Shown: positions 28,916 through 38,836 of the stretch, in pieces
How positions within the stretch are numbered: position 1 is the first letter of the stretch
Layout: every line of letters begins with the position of its first letter
Made by a program: the position numbers and the translations under genes
Notes under the pieces: generated by a model
Seen by the model: the letters and a program-made list of their open reading frames with translations, nothing else
Told to the model about the DNA's origin: nothing
Database searches by the model: none
Source: Gemmatimonadota bacterium
GTDB lineage: Bacteria > Gemmatimonadota > Gemmatimonadetes > Longimicrobiales > Gaopeijiaceae
Reading direction: 5' to 3'
Length of the DNA stretch: 64,000 nucleotides
Assembly (NCBI GenBank): GCA_039589315.1
Contig: JBDHHQ010000008.1
Location: forward strand, 1 to 64,000

Positions 28916-29356
28916 ATGAGCAGCGACTTGAAGGCCCGCCTGAAGGCCGACCTGATCTCGGCTCGCAAGGAGCGGGACAAGCTCCGCATCCTGGTGCTTT
29001 CCACGACCCTGGCGGACCTACGCAACCGCGAGATCGAGCTCGGCCAGGACGCCGATGACGACGTCGTGAGGGCGGTGGTCGGCGGCGCCATCAAGCGGCG
29101 AAAGGACGCCGCGTCCCAGATGGCCGATGCGGGCCGCACCGAGCTCGCCGACAGGGAGCTGGCGGAAGCCGAGATCCTGGCGGCGTACATGCCGGCAGGC
29201 CTGTCGGAGGACGACGTGCGCGTCATCATCCGCGAGGTGATCTCCGGGGGTGCCGACCAGTTCGGTCCGGTGATGGGGGCGGTCATGCCCCGCATCCGCG
29301 GCCGCTTCGACGGGAAGGAGGCGAACCGGCTCGTGCGGGAAGCGCTGGGACAATGA
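28916..29356 (+). CDS. GatB/YqeY domain protein
   Basis: IKRRKDAA..AGRTELADRELAE..YMP, MGAVM, FDG motifs. Confidence 0.93.
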   Translation: MSSDLKARLKADLISARKERDKLRILVLSTTLADLRNREIELGQDADDDVVRAVVGGAIKRRKDAASQMADAGRTELADRELAEAEILAAYMPAGLSEDDVRVIIREVISGGADQFGPVMGAVMPRIRGRFDGKEANRLVREALGQ

Positions 29357-29444
29357 CGGGCGTCGCCCGAGATCCCGGGGAGCGGGGAACCACACGGGCG
29401 TCGGCCGACCGGCCGCCGCCCGTCTCTCGTTCGAGGAGGCCCCG

Positions 29445-31799
29445 GTGAGGCCCCACGCGTTTCGCGTTCTGGAGCTGGAGGCCGCCCTGGAGCGCGTCGC
29501 GGCACGGGCTTCGAGTGAGCTCGGGCGAAGACGCGTCCTCGAGCTGCGGCCCCACGACGACCGGGATCGTCTGGTCAAGGAGCTCGCGACCGTACAGGAG
29601 TCCGTCGAGTTCCTCGAGGCGGACCCCCGTTGGACTCCCCCACCGCTCCCGGACGCGTACGGGGCCCTCGAGAGGCTTACCCTCGAGGGCAGCGTCCTCG
29701 ACGCAGCGCAGCTGTCCACCCTGGGCTCGCTCCTGACCTCGGGGAGGCTGCTCCGGGAGGCCTTTGCCGGCGAGCGCGAGGGAAGCCCGCTGCTGTGGGA
29801 CCTTTGCCGGCGACTTCATGCAGACGTGAAGGGTGAACAGGCGATCGCTCGCACCGTGGACCCGGCAGGGCATGTGTTGGACACCGCCAGCCGCGAGCTC
29901 CGCCGCATCCGCTCCGGGCTATCCCAGGCCCACAGCCGTATCGTGCGCCGCCTCGAGCAATACCTCGGTACGCTCCCCGATCGGCACCGGGTGTCCGATG
30001 CCTCCGTGACGATCCGGAACGGCCGGTACGTCGTGCCGGTCCGTCGGGAGGGGCGGCGGGAGGTGGGCGGCATCGTGCACGACGAGTCCGCGACCGGCGC
30101 CACCCTCTTCGTGGAGCCACCCCTGGCCATCCAGCTCATGAACGACCTCAAGGAGCTGGAGCGGGCCGAGGCCCGGGAGATCCACCGGATCCTGACCGAG
30201 CGCAGCGAGGCGCTGCGCCCCTCGCTGCACGCGCTGCAGGCGTCGCTCGAGGCAGCCGTGGTCTTGGATACCTTCTACGCTCGCGCCCGGGTGGCGCGCG
30301 ATTGGCGGGCCACTCTACCGGAGCTCCTTCCGGCGGCGAGCCAGGAGCTGCGAATCGTCGACGGGCGGCATCCATTGCTCCTGGGGGAAGGGGGCCCCGA
30401 GACCGTGGTGCCCTTCTTCCTGGAGCTCGTCGACGGCGAGCGAGCCTTGGTCGTGTCCGGGCCCAACACGGGAGGGAAGACGGTCTTCCTCAAGGCCTTG
30501 GGGCTGATCTCCACACTGGCCCAGTGTGGTGTCGTCCCTCCGGTGGGAGCCGGATCCCGCCTCCCCGTCTTCGGGGAGATCTTCGCGGACATCGGCGACG
30601 AGCAGTCCATCTCCGAGAGCCTGTCCACGTTCTCCGCGCACCTGGCCAACCTGCGACAGATCGTGGAGCGCGCAGGTCCGGACACCCTCGTCCTCATCGA
30701 CGAGATGGGCACCGGCACGGATCCAGCCGAGGGCGTGGCCCTGGCCCGGTCGGCGCTGGAGACGTTGGTGGAGCGGCGGGCGCTGTCCATCGTGACCTCC
30801 CACCTGGGAGCCCTGAAGCGTCTGGATCTGGAGGGCAGTGGGATCGTCAATGCGTCGCTGGAGTTCGACCCCGATCGCATGGAGCCCACGTACGTGCTCG
30901 TCAAAGGGCGGCCAGGGCGAAGCTACGGACTGGCCATCGCCCGGAAGCTGGGATTCCCCGCGCCGGTGCTGGACCGGGCCGAAGTCCACCTCTCCGAGGG
31001 AGACGCCCGCTTGGACGACCTGTTGGAGAAGCTCCAACGCGAGGAGCGGGCCGCCCGGGCGCTGGCCGACTCCCTGGCCGGCGAAAAGGCCGGTGCGGAA
31101 CGGTTGGCGGCGGAGCTGGCCGATCGCGAGCGAAAGCTCACGGAGAGGGAGAAGACGGAGCGGAGCCGTGCCCACGAGGAGGCTCGCAGGCTTCTCATGG
31201 AGGCTCGGGAAGTAGTGGAGGCCGCCATACAGGAAGTGCGTGAATCGGGCACGGCCGAGCTCGCGGAAGTCGGACGACAGGCCCGCCGCCGCGTCGAGGA
31301 GGCCGCTGCGCGTCACCGGGCTTCGGCCGAGCCGGTCCACGCTTCTCCTCCGTCCGGCGTGTCGGTGGGAGACCGGGTCCGCATCCGCTCGAGTGGCACC
31401 GAGGGTGAGGTGTTGGAGCTGCGGGAGGGTCGCGCTCTGGTCTCCATGGCGGGGCTGCGGATGCAGGTTCCCCTCGGCGAGCTGGCCGCGCTCCCGGCGC
31501 CAGCGCCCACTCGGCGGCGTTCCAGGGACGGGGGCTGGTCCGCTCCGGAGATCCGGGGCACCACGGAGATCGACCTCCGCGGGCTCCGTGTGGACGAGGT
31601 CCAGCTCGAGCTGGAGAGGGGGTTGGACGGAGCAATCCTGGGAGATTTCGAGGAGGTACGCATCATCCACGGCAAGGGGACGGGCGCCGTGCGTCAGCGC
31701 GTGCAGGAGCTCCTCGGACTGGAGCCTCGCGTGAAGTCCTTCCGCCTCGGCGGGCCGGGAGAGGGCGGTGCGGGCGTGACCGTGGCGGTGCTGGGATGA
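29445..31799 (+). CDS. mutS2: Endonuclease MutS2
   Basis: HDESATGATLFVEP, GPNTGGKT, DIGDEQS, SLSTFSAH, Smr domain IIHGKGTG. Confidence 0.96.
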   Translation: MRPHAFRVLELEAALERVAARASSELGRRRVLELRPHDDRDRLVKELATVQESVEFLEADPRWTPPPLPDAYGALERLTLEGSVLDAAQLSTLGSLLTSGRLLREAFAGEREGSPLLWDLCRRLHADVKGEQAIARTVDPAGHVLDTASRELRRIRSGLSQAHSRIVRRLEQYLGTLPDRHRVSDASVTIRNGRYVVPVRREGRREVGGIVHDESATGATLFVEPPLAIQLMNDLKELERAEAREIHRILTERSEALRPSLHALQASLEAAVVLDTFYARARVARDWRATLPELLPAASQELRIVDGRHPLLLGEGGPETVVPFFLELVDGERALVVSGPNTGGKTVFLKALGLISTLAQCGVVPPVGAGSRLPVFGEIFADIGDEQSISESLSTFSAHLANLRQIVERAGPDTLVLIDEMGTGTDPAEGVALARSALETLVERRALSIVTSHLGALKRLDLEGSGIVNASLEFDPDRMEPTYVLVKGRPGRSYGLAIARKLGFPAPVLDRAEVHLSEGDARLDDLLEKLQREERAARALADSLAGEKAGAERLAAELADRERKLTEREKTERSRAHEEARRLLMEAREVVEAAIQEVRESGTAELAEVGRQARRRVEEAAARHRASAEPVHASPPSGVSVGDRVRIRSSGTEGEVLELREGRALVSMAGLRMQVPLGELAALPAPAPTRRRSRDGGWSAPEIRGTTEIDLRGLRVDEVQLELERGLDGAILGDFEEVRIIHGKGTGAVRQRVQELLGLEPRVKSFRLGGPGEGGAGVTVAVLG

Positions 31800-33616
31800 T
31801 CCCGGACGACGTCGTCGAGGAGGTGCGGGCGGGGGCCGACATCGTGGACGTGATCGGCGAGTTCGTCCCTCTCAAGAAGGCCGGTCGGGAGTTCAAAGCC
31901 AACTGTCCGTTCCACGAGGAGCGGACCCCCAGCTTCTACGTCGTGCCGGCCAAGGCCATGTACCACTGCTTCGGCTGTGGGGAGCACGGCGACGTGTTCA
32001 CCTTCGTCAGAAAGCGCCTGGGGCTCGACTTCGTCGATGCGGTGAAGCACGTGGCGCAACGCACGGGCATTCCGGTCCGCGAAGTGCAGTCCGGGCGTTC
32101 CGACGACCCGCTGCGGCCGTTGCGGGAGGCGATGGCGTTCGCCCGGGACTTCTTCGCTGAGCGGCTCTGGAGCTGGAAGGGGGGTGAGCTTGCCCGCGAT
32201 TACCTCTCGACCCGCGGGATTCGGAGGGAGACCGCCGAGCGTTTCGGGCTGGGATTCTCGCCACCCGAATGGCGCGCCCTGCGTGAGGCCGCGGGCAAAC
32301 ATGGTCTCGAAGACGACCTTCTCGAGGAGGTCGGGCTCCTGGTCAGGGGCGAGAGGCGAGACGCTCCCTATGACCGTTTCCGTGGCCGGCTCATGTTTCC
32401 CATCGAGGACGGCGCCGGTAGGGTCGTGGCGTTCGGCGGTCGTGTCATGCCCGGGGTCACGGCCGGGGGAGGCAAGGGCAAATACGTCAACTCGCCCGAG
32501 ACGCCGCTGTACCACAAGGGTCGTATCCTCTACGGCTTGTCGTGGGCCAAGAACGCGATCCGCCGGGAGCAGTCGGTCCTGGTGGTGGAGGGCTACATGG
32601 ACGTCGTGTCCGTGGCCTCCGCCGGCGTCGAACACGTCGTGGCGGCGTCGGGGACGTCCTTGACCGAGGAGCAGGCCGAATTGCTGAAGCGGTACAGCAA
32701 ACAGGTCTACCTCCTGTTCGACAGCGATCGTGCCGGCCTGCGGGCCACGTTCCGGGCCGGCGACACGCTCCTGGCCGCCGGCCTTCACCCGTCGGTGGTC
32801 ACCCTTCCTCCGGCCGAGGATCCAGACAGCATCGTGCGGGCGCAAGGAGCCGAAGGGCTCCGTACCTACGTCGGCGACGCGGTCGATATCCTGGACCGGA
32901 AGCTGCAGATCCTCGAGGAGCACGACTACTTCTCGAACATCGAGCGGACACGGAACGCCGTCGACCGCCTGCTGCCCACGGTGCGGGCCGCCCGCGACCC
33001 GGCCTTGCGAGACATCTACGTCGCCAAGGTGGCCGACAAGACAGGTGTCAGGCGGGAGACCCTGGAGGCGGAGCTCCTTCGTGAGGGCACGACGCGCCGG
33101 GCCCCCCGCCCGGGTACTCCACCCCCATCCCGCGACCGGAGCGCGTACCGACTGCCGAAGATGGGAGCGGAGCGCACAGTTCTCTTGTTGATGGTCCGAC
33201 GCCGGGAGTGGGTCGAGCGGGCAGCCGAGCACGTGGGCCCGGAGGACTTCCACGATGCATCGTATCGGGCGATCTTCGACGCGTTGGTGCACGATCCGGA
33301 GCTGGCCCGCCCACCGGAAGGCATGGATTCGACGGCAGCCCGGCGACTCGAGGGCCTGCTCACGGACCCGGAGGAACTCTCCCACGCGGAGCGGGTCTTT
33401 CAGGACTCGATTCATCGCCTGAAGCACGGTAGCCGGGAAGCGGCCATCCGAGAGCTCGAACAGCGCCTGGAGGGCGCGGACAGCTTCGAGGAGAAGCAGC
33501 GCCTTCTGAAGGAGATGCAGGATCTTCGGGCATCGACCAGAGACGAACGGGACTGGCTTCCGACCGTACGTCAGGCCCTGGAGCGAAAGCGGTCTCCGAT
33601 GGCGGACGGCCCCTGA
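31796..33616 (+). CDS. dnaG: DNA primase
   Basis: CPFHEERTPSF...CFGC zinc finger, KYVNSPET, VEGYMD, DSDRAG, DPD. Confidence 0.97.
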   Translation: MIPDDVVEEVRAGADIVDVIGEFVPLKKAGREFKANCPFHEERTPSFYVVPAKAMYHCFGCGEHGDVFTFVRKRLGLDFVDAVKHVAQRTGIPVREVQSGRSDDPLRPLREAMAFARDFFAERLWSWKGGELARDYLSTRGIRRETAERFGLGFSPPEWRALREAAGKHGLEDDLLEEVGLLVRGERRDAPYDRFRGRLMFPIEDGAGRVVAFGGRVMPGVTAGGGKGKYVNSPETPLYHKGRILYGLSWAKNAIRREQSVLVVEGYMDVVSVASAGVEHVVAASGTSLTEEQAELLKRYSKQVYLLFDSDRAGLRATFRAGDTLLAAGLHPSVVTLPPAEDPDSIVRAQGAEGLRTYVGDAVDILDRKLQILEEHDYFSNIERTRNAVDRLLPTVRAARDPALRDIYVAKVADKTGVRRETLEAELLREGTTRRAPRPGTPPPSRDRSAYRLPKMGAERTVLLLMVRRREWVERAAEHVGPEDFHDASYRAIFDALVHDPELARPPEGMDSTAARRLEGLLTDPEELSHAERVFQDSIHRLKHGSREAAIRELEQRLEGADSFEEKQRLLKEMQDLRASTRDERDWLPTVRQALERKRSPMADGP

Positions 33617-33638
33617 GGCGACACCAGAAGCGAGGACC

Positions 33639-34364
33639 ATGACCGAGAACACACGAATCTCCTTACGCGAGCTCCAGAGGCTCGACACCGACATCCGCGA
33701 AGCCCGGGAGCAGGTGGCCGGGTTCGCGCCCTTGCTGGAAGAAGTGGAGGAGCCGGCGGCGGCGTTGGAGTCGGAGGTGGAGAGCACACGTAAGCGCCTT
33801 CGTGAGATTCGCCTGGAGGAGCGGCGCCTCGAGCTGTCGGCGGACGAGAAGCGGGCTCGCTCCAAGCGCCTGCAGGACCGCCTCAACACGGTGCGTAACC
33901 TCAGGGAGGAGGCGGCCGTTCACGCCGAGCTCGACCTGGTCCGCCGGGCGCTCGAAGGTGACGAGCAGGAGGCCCTGGGGCTTCTGGACCAGATTCGCAA
34001 GCTCGAGGAACGGCTGGAAGAGCTGGAGGCCGAGCTCGGCGCCGCTCAGGCCGAGGTCGAGCCGAGGCGCGACGAGCTCCTGGCCCAGCAGGCGGCCGCC
34101 GGCACTCGACTCGAAGAGCTCATCGCGCAGCGCGACGCCTTCGCCGAGCAGATCGACAGCGGGGAGCGCCGCCTGTACGAGAGCATCAAGGCAGGGGGGC
34201 GGACCGTGGTCGTCGCCGAGCTCACGGTCGACGGTGCTTGCGGTCACTGCTTCAGCATGATCCCGCTCCAGGTCCAGGCCAACGTACGCTCGGGAGCGGA
34301 TGTGATCCGCTGCGAGGCGTGCGGTGTCATACTCGCCGCCGCGGTGGGCGGAGACGATGCGTGA
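33639..34364 (+). CDS. Coiled-coil protein with C4-type zinc ribbon (DUF164-like)
   Basis: LQRLD N-terminus, long coiled coil, CGHC...CEAC. Confidence 0.88.
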   Translation: MTENTRISLRELQRLDTDIREAREQVAGFAPLLEEVEEPAAALESEVESTRKRLREIRLEERRLELSADEKRARSKRLQDRLNTVRNLREEAAVHAELDLVRRALEGDEQEALGLLDQIRKLEERLEELEAELGAAQAEVEPRRDELLAQQAAAGTRLEELIAQRDAFAEQIDSGERRLYESIKAGGRTVVVAELTVDGACGHCFSMIPLQVQANVRSGADVIRCEACGVILAAAVGGDDA

Positions 34365-36121
34365 GCGGAGGCGACCTCGCCACCCCACCGGTTCTCGCAC
34401 CGGCGCCCCAGCCTTCCTGGCGCACCCCTGACCCACCTGACGAGCACGCGATCTCCCACCTTCAGACAGCGCTGCGCCTCCCCCGCGCTCTCTGCGCCGT
34501 CCTCGTAGCCCGGGGACTGAGCGAAGAGACGGCGGCCAAGGCCTACCTTCGCCCCCTCCTCGACGGCCTTCACCCACCTTCGGGCCTACCCGACGCCGAT
34601 CGGGCGGCAGACCGACTTCTCGAAGCGATCCGTGGTGGTGAGCAGGTGCTGGTCCACGGCGACTACGACGTGGACGGGGTGTCCGGCGTGGCGCTCCTGA
34701 CGAGGTGGATCCGGCGTCTGGGCGGCCGCGTAACCCCGTTCGTGCCGCATCGAGTCCGCGACGGTTACGACTTCGGGCCTGCGGGCCTCCGTGTGGCCCA
34801 GGAGGCCGGTGCCCACTTGATCGTCACCGTGGACTGCGGGATCACGGCCCTCGAGGCGGTAGCCCGCGCACGCTCGATGGGGATCGACGTGATCGTGACG
34901 GACCATCACACGCCGGGCCCATCGCTTCCACCGGCCCTGGCGGTGGTCAACCCCCAGCTCCCCGACTCCACCTATCCCAATCGGGGCCTGTGCGGCGCCG
35001 CTGTGGCGTTCAAGCTCTGTCAGCTCCTGGCCCAGGCCCATGGGGTGGAGGACGAGGAGCTCTATGCGTCCCTGGACCTGGTGGCGCTGGCGACCATCGC
35101 CGACCTGGTGCCGCTGGACGGAGAGAACCGCATCCTGGCACGCTATGGCCTCAGGGCGATGGCGAGTACGACGAATCCCGGCCTGCGAGCCCTGCTCGCC
35201 AGCTCGAGGCTGGACAGAGGACCCATCGACGCCGGCAAGGTGGGGTTCATCCTGGCTCCCCGGATCAACGCCGTCGGCCGGATGGGGGCGGCTGCTACGG
35301 CCCTCGACCTGCTGCTCACCGAGGACGAGGACGAAGCGGCCCGTCTGGCCGACACGTTGGAGGAGCAGAACCGCATCCGCAGGGAGGAGGACCGACGGAC
35401 CCTGGATCAAGCCCTGGGACTGCTGGCCGCCGACTACGAGCCCGAGCGGGATTTCGGTGTGGTGCTGGGTGCAGAGGGCTGGCATCCTGGCGTCATCGGC
35501 ATCGTCGCGTCCAGGGTGGTCGAGCGCATCCACCGACCCACGGTGCTCGTGGCGTTCCAGGGGGCGGACGGTCGGGGCAGCGCCCGGTCGATCCCCGGGT
35601 TCCACCTCTACGACGCGGTTCGAGCGTGCTCCGGGCACCTGACCCGCTTCGGCGGCCACCGTCAAGCAGCGGGCATGGACCTCCGGCGCACGTCCCTGGA
35701 GGCGTTCAAGACGGCCTTCAACGAGGAGGCGAGGAGCAGGCTCGAGGGCGTGTCTCCGAAGCCCAGAATCCAGGCTGACCTGGAGGTGAGCCTCGACGAC
35801 GTGACCCTCGAGATGGCCCACTACCTGCAATACATGGGACCGTTCGGCATCTCCAATCGGAAGCCCGTCTTCTTGGCCCGGAACGTGGAGTTGACGGCGC
35901 CGCCGAACCTGGTAAAGGGAGAGCATCTGGGGCTCAGGCTCGGCCAGGACCGGGCGAGGCTCCGAGCCATCGGATTCGGGATCGCCCACCGGGTTCCTCC
36001 CGAAGCCCTCGGCATGGGGCCGGTGGACCTGGTCTTTCAGGTCGCCGAGCGTGAGTTCCGGGGATCGCGCGCCTTGCAGGCCCGGGTCCTCGACGTGCGC
36101 CCGTCGGCGGGAGCGCCGTGA
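34361..36121 (+). CDS. recJ: ssDNA exonuclease RecJ
   Basis: HGDYDVDG, TVDCG, TDHH, TIADLVPL, PRINAVGR, FGGH. Confidence 0.97.
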   Translation: MSGGDLATPPVLAPAPQPSWRTPDPPDEHAISHLQTALRLPRALCAVLVARGLSEETAAKAYLRPLLDGLHPPSGLPDADRAADRLLEAIRGGEQVLVHGDYDVDGVSGVALLTRWIRRLGGRVTPFVPHRVRDGYDFGPAGLRVAQEAGAHLIVTVDCGITALEAVARARSMGIDVIVTDHHTPGPSLPPALAVVNPQLPDSTYPNRGLCGAAVAFKLCQLLAQAHGVEDEELYASLDLVALATIADLVPLDGENRILARYGLRAMASTTNPGLRALLASSRLDRGPIDAGKVGFILAPRINAVGRMGAAATALDLLLTEDEDEAARLADTLEEQNRIRREEDRRTLDQALGLLAADYEPERDFGVVLGAEGWHPGVIGIVASRVVERIHRPTVLVAFQGADGRGSARSIPGFHLYDAVRACSGHLTRFGGHRQAAGMDLRRTSLEAFKTAFNEEARSRLEGVSPKPRIQADLEVSLDDVTLEMAHYLQYMGPFGISNRKPVFLARNVELTAPPNLVKGEHLGLRLGQDRARLRAIGFGIAHRVPPEALGMGPVDLVFQVAEREFRGSRALQARVLDVRPSAGAP

Positions 36122-36645
36122 GGATCATCGCCGGCCGCTGGCGGGGCCACCGCATCAAGGCCCCCCGGGGTCGGGACGTACGCCCTACCACCGACCGGGT
36201 GAGGGAAGCGTGGATGTCGGCCATCGGCGGATCGGTGGTGGGGGCCTCCGTGCTGGACCTCTTCGCGGGCTCCGGCGCCCTCGGGCTGGAGGCGCTCAGC
36301 CGCGGCGCCGACCGTGTGGTCTTCGTCGAGCGGGCTCGGGGGGCACTCCTGGCCCTGGAGTCCAACGTCGTTCTGCTGGGGGCGCAGGAGGCCTGTCGCG
36401 TGGTGCGCGCGGACGCGCTGGCCTTCGTCGCCGACCTCGACGCCGAGGCGTTCGACCTGGCACTCGCGGATCCGCCCTACGGCCGAGGGCTGGCCGCTCA
36501 GCTCATGCAGCGCTTTCTCGAGAGACCGTTTGCGCGAGAGCTTTGGGTCGAGCATCGTACGTCGGAGGACGTACTGGAAGCTCCCGGCCTTCGGCATCGG
36601 AGGTATGGGGACACGACGCTCACCCACCTGGTCGCAGCTTCATGA
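36118..36645 (+). CDS. rsmD: 16S rRNA m2G966 methyltransferase
   Basis: MRIIAG, RPTTDRVRE, DLFAGSGALGLEALSRG, DPPY. Confidence 0.95.
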   Translation: MRIIAGRWRGHRIKAPRGRDVRPTTDRVREAWMSAIGGSVVGASVLDLFAGSGALGLEALSRGADRVVFVERARGALLALESNVVLLGAQEACRVVRADALAFVADLDAEAFDLALADPPYGRGLAAQLMQRFLERPFARELWVEHRTSEDVLEAPGLRHRRYGDTTLTHLVAAS

Positions 36646-37139
36646 CGCCCACGCGCCCACTCATAGCGCTCTATCCCGGGTCCTTCGATCCCATCACGCG
36701 AGGTCACGAGGACATCGCCCGCCGGACTCTGGGGCTCGCCGACCGCCTCATCGTGGCCGTGGCGGCCACGGCCAGCCAGTCCAAGAGCAGCCTGTTCACC
36801 CTCGAGGAGCGCCTCGAGCTGATCGGTGAGGTCTTCTCCGACGAGGAGCGAATCGAGTGCCGGACCTTCGAGGGGTTGCTCGTGGACTTCGCGAGGGACG
36901 TGGGCGCCCGCTTCGTGATCCGTGGCTTGCGGGCCGTCTCCGATTTCGAGTACGAGTTCCAGATGGCACAGATGAACCGTGAGCTCTGGAGCGACATCGA
37001 GACGCTGTTCCTGACACCCGACCTGCACTACTCGTTTCTGTCCGCGTCGCTGGTGCGGCAGGTGGCCGCCCTCGGCGGCGACGTCACTCCCTTCGTCTCT
37101 GCCCCGGTGCTTCGGCGTCTGGAGAAGAAGCTGGGCTGA
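36642..37139 (+). CDS. coaD: Pantetheine-phosphate adenylyltransferase
   Basis: YPGSFDPITRGH, RGLRAVSDFEYE. Confidence 0.97.
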   Translation: MTPTRPLIALYPGSFDPITRGHEDIARRTLGLADRLIVAVAATASQSKSSLFTLEERLELIGEVFSDEERIECRTFEGLLVDFARDVGARFVIRGLRAVSDFEYEFQMAQMNRELWSDIETLFLTPDLHYSFLSASLVRQVAALGGDVTPFVSAPVLRRLEKKLG

Positions 37140-38122
37140 TGGGGTTCCTGCAGGCCCTCCGTGACCGGGCCGGCGCACACCCCCGGACCCTGGTCTTCGC
37201 CGAAGGTCATGACTCCCGTGTCCGGGAGGCGTGTGTCCAGCTCGCCCGGTCGGGACTGGCCAGGCCCGTCGTCCTGGGACCGGGAGATCCGCCGGCGGGT
37301 CTGGCGGGGGGGGCGGACCTCGGCGAGCCCGAGTGGCTCGACCCTTCCCAGGGCGACGCCGACCGATACGCCGAAGTCTACCGGCGTACGCGGGCGGCGC
37401 GCTCGCGCGGCGAATCCCACGTCCGGCGGGCCGTGCAGGACCCTCTGGTGCGAGGGGCCCTCATGGTAGCCATGGGGGAGGCCGACGGCATGGTGGCGGG
37501 CCTGACCTATGCGACGGCCGACGTGGTGCGCGCCGGCATTCGCTGCATCGGACCGGCGGAAGGCATCCGCACCGTGTCGTCGTCGTTTTACATGGTGGTC
37601 CCGCCGTTCCGCTCCGACCAGGAGGAGGTCCTGACCTTCACCGACGCCGGGGTTGTCCCGGACCCGGATGCCGAGCAGCTCGCCGAGATCGCCATGGCCG
37701 CCGCCCGGGCGCGCCGCCTGGTGGTGGGAGACGACCCGCGCGTGGCCTTCCTGTCGTACTCGACCCGGGGGAGCGCGGCGGGGGCCTCGGTGGAGCGTGT
37801 GGTCGAGGCGCTGGACATCTTCCGCAGCCGCATGCCCGACGTCCCGGCCGACGGCGAGCTGCAGGCCGACGCCGCGCTGGTGGCTTCGGTGGCGGACCGG
37901 AAGGCACCCCGTTCCGAGGTGGCTGGCCACGCCAACACCCTGGTCTTCCCAGACCTCGACGCCGCCAACATCGCCTACAAGCTGGTCCAGCGGCTGGCCC
38001 ACGCGACGGCGTTGGGCCCCATCCTCCAGGGCCTCTCTCGCCCGTGCAACGACCTCTCGCGAGGGGCTAGCGCGCAGGACGTAGTGGACGTGGCGTGCAT
38101 CACCGCGCTCATGGCCGGGTGA
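37139..38122 (+). CDS. pta: Phosphate acetyltransferase (short class I)
   Basis: VFAEG, RVAFLSYST, DGELQADAA, FPDLDAANIAYKL, GPILQG, DLSRG. Confidence 0.92.
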   Translation: MGFLQALRDRAGAHPRTLVFAEGHDSRVREACVQLARSGLARPVVLGPGDPPAGLAGGADLGEPEWLDPSQGDADRYAEVYRRTRAARSRGESHVRRAVQDPLVRGALMVAMGEADGMVAGLTYATADVVRAGIRCIGPAEGIRTVSSSFYMVVPPFRSDQEEVLTFTDAGVVPDPDAEQLAEIAMAAARARRLVVGDDPRVAFLSYSTRGSAAGASVERVVEALDIFRSRMPDVPADGELQADAALVASVADRKAPRSEVAGHANTLVFPDLDAANIAYKLVQRLAHATALGPILQGLSRPCNDLSRGASAQDVVDVACITALMAG

Positions 38123-38229
38123 CGAGGCGCAGCGGGGTGGCGGTGGCTCGAGGCGTCGCCTCGCCGGCGGAGCGCACCTGTTTCCGGCCGACGGAGCCAC
38201 CCGCGTCGGGCCTCTCGGCAGCGATCGCC

Positions 38230-38259
38230 TTGCATGGGACGCCCCGCTTCTTATATCGT
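38230..38259 (+). promoter_or_regulatory. Putative sigma70 promoter of the partner-switching operon
   Basis: TTGCAT-18 nt-TATCGT in an AT-rich patch. Confidence 0.55.
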
Positions 38260-38378
38260 TTTTCGATGTTTTGTCGCGGGATCGCACTCTGATTCGGTGA
38301 CCTGCCGACCCGGTCGGAGGTGACGGGCGAGGTTTCCCAGGTCCATCGGACGCTTTACGGAAAGGTCGCGGGAAACGG

Positions 38379-38711
38379 ATGAGCTTTCAGGTCAACAGGG
38401 AAGGCAACGTCACCGTCGTCGACGTGGAAGGACAGCTGATCGTCGGTAACCGCCAGGAGCTCAAGCAGAAGGTGCTCGAGGAGCTCGAGGGCGGGGAGCG
38501 GACGTTCGTGATCGACTTCGAGAACACTGGCTACATCGATTCGTCCGGTCTCGGCGTCCTCGTGAGCCTGTCGAAGAAGATCCGGGAGCAGGGCGGAGAG
38601 CTCCGTCTCGCCGGGTTGAACGAGGACCTGCGCACGCTCTTCGAGCTCACCAAGCTCGATACCCTGTTCAAGATCGCCGACACCCGATCGGAAGCTCTCC
38701 AGGGGCTCTGA
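38379..38711 (+). CDS. Anti-sigma factor antagonist (STAS, RsbV/SpoIIAA-like)
   Basis: YIDSSGLGVL phospho-Ser motif, 110 aa. Confidence 0.94.
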   Translation: MSFQVNREGNVTVVDVEGQLIVGNRQELKQKVLEELEGGERTFVIDFENTGYIDSSGLGVLVSLSKKIREQGGELRLAGLNEDLRTLFELTKLDTLFKIADTRSEALQGL

Positions 38712-38836
38712 TCTCCGACGGAGGCCAACCGGCCCCGACCCCGCGCAGGAGACGTATGACTCGATCCCGCGGACCCGGCCCGCCGACTTCGAGGCCGCTC
38801 GTAGAGCGTGCTCCGAAGGGGAGGAAGACCCGGTAG

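Noticed and set aside
31694..33889. 731-aa antisense ORF, and many other long overlapping ORFs (e.g. 27508-29505, 39196-40938, 45937-47790, 52221-53966)
   Set aside because: Shadow ORFs of well-supported genes; R/P/G/S-rich, motif-free and expected in high-GC DNA
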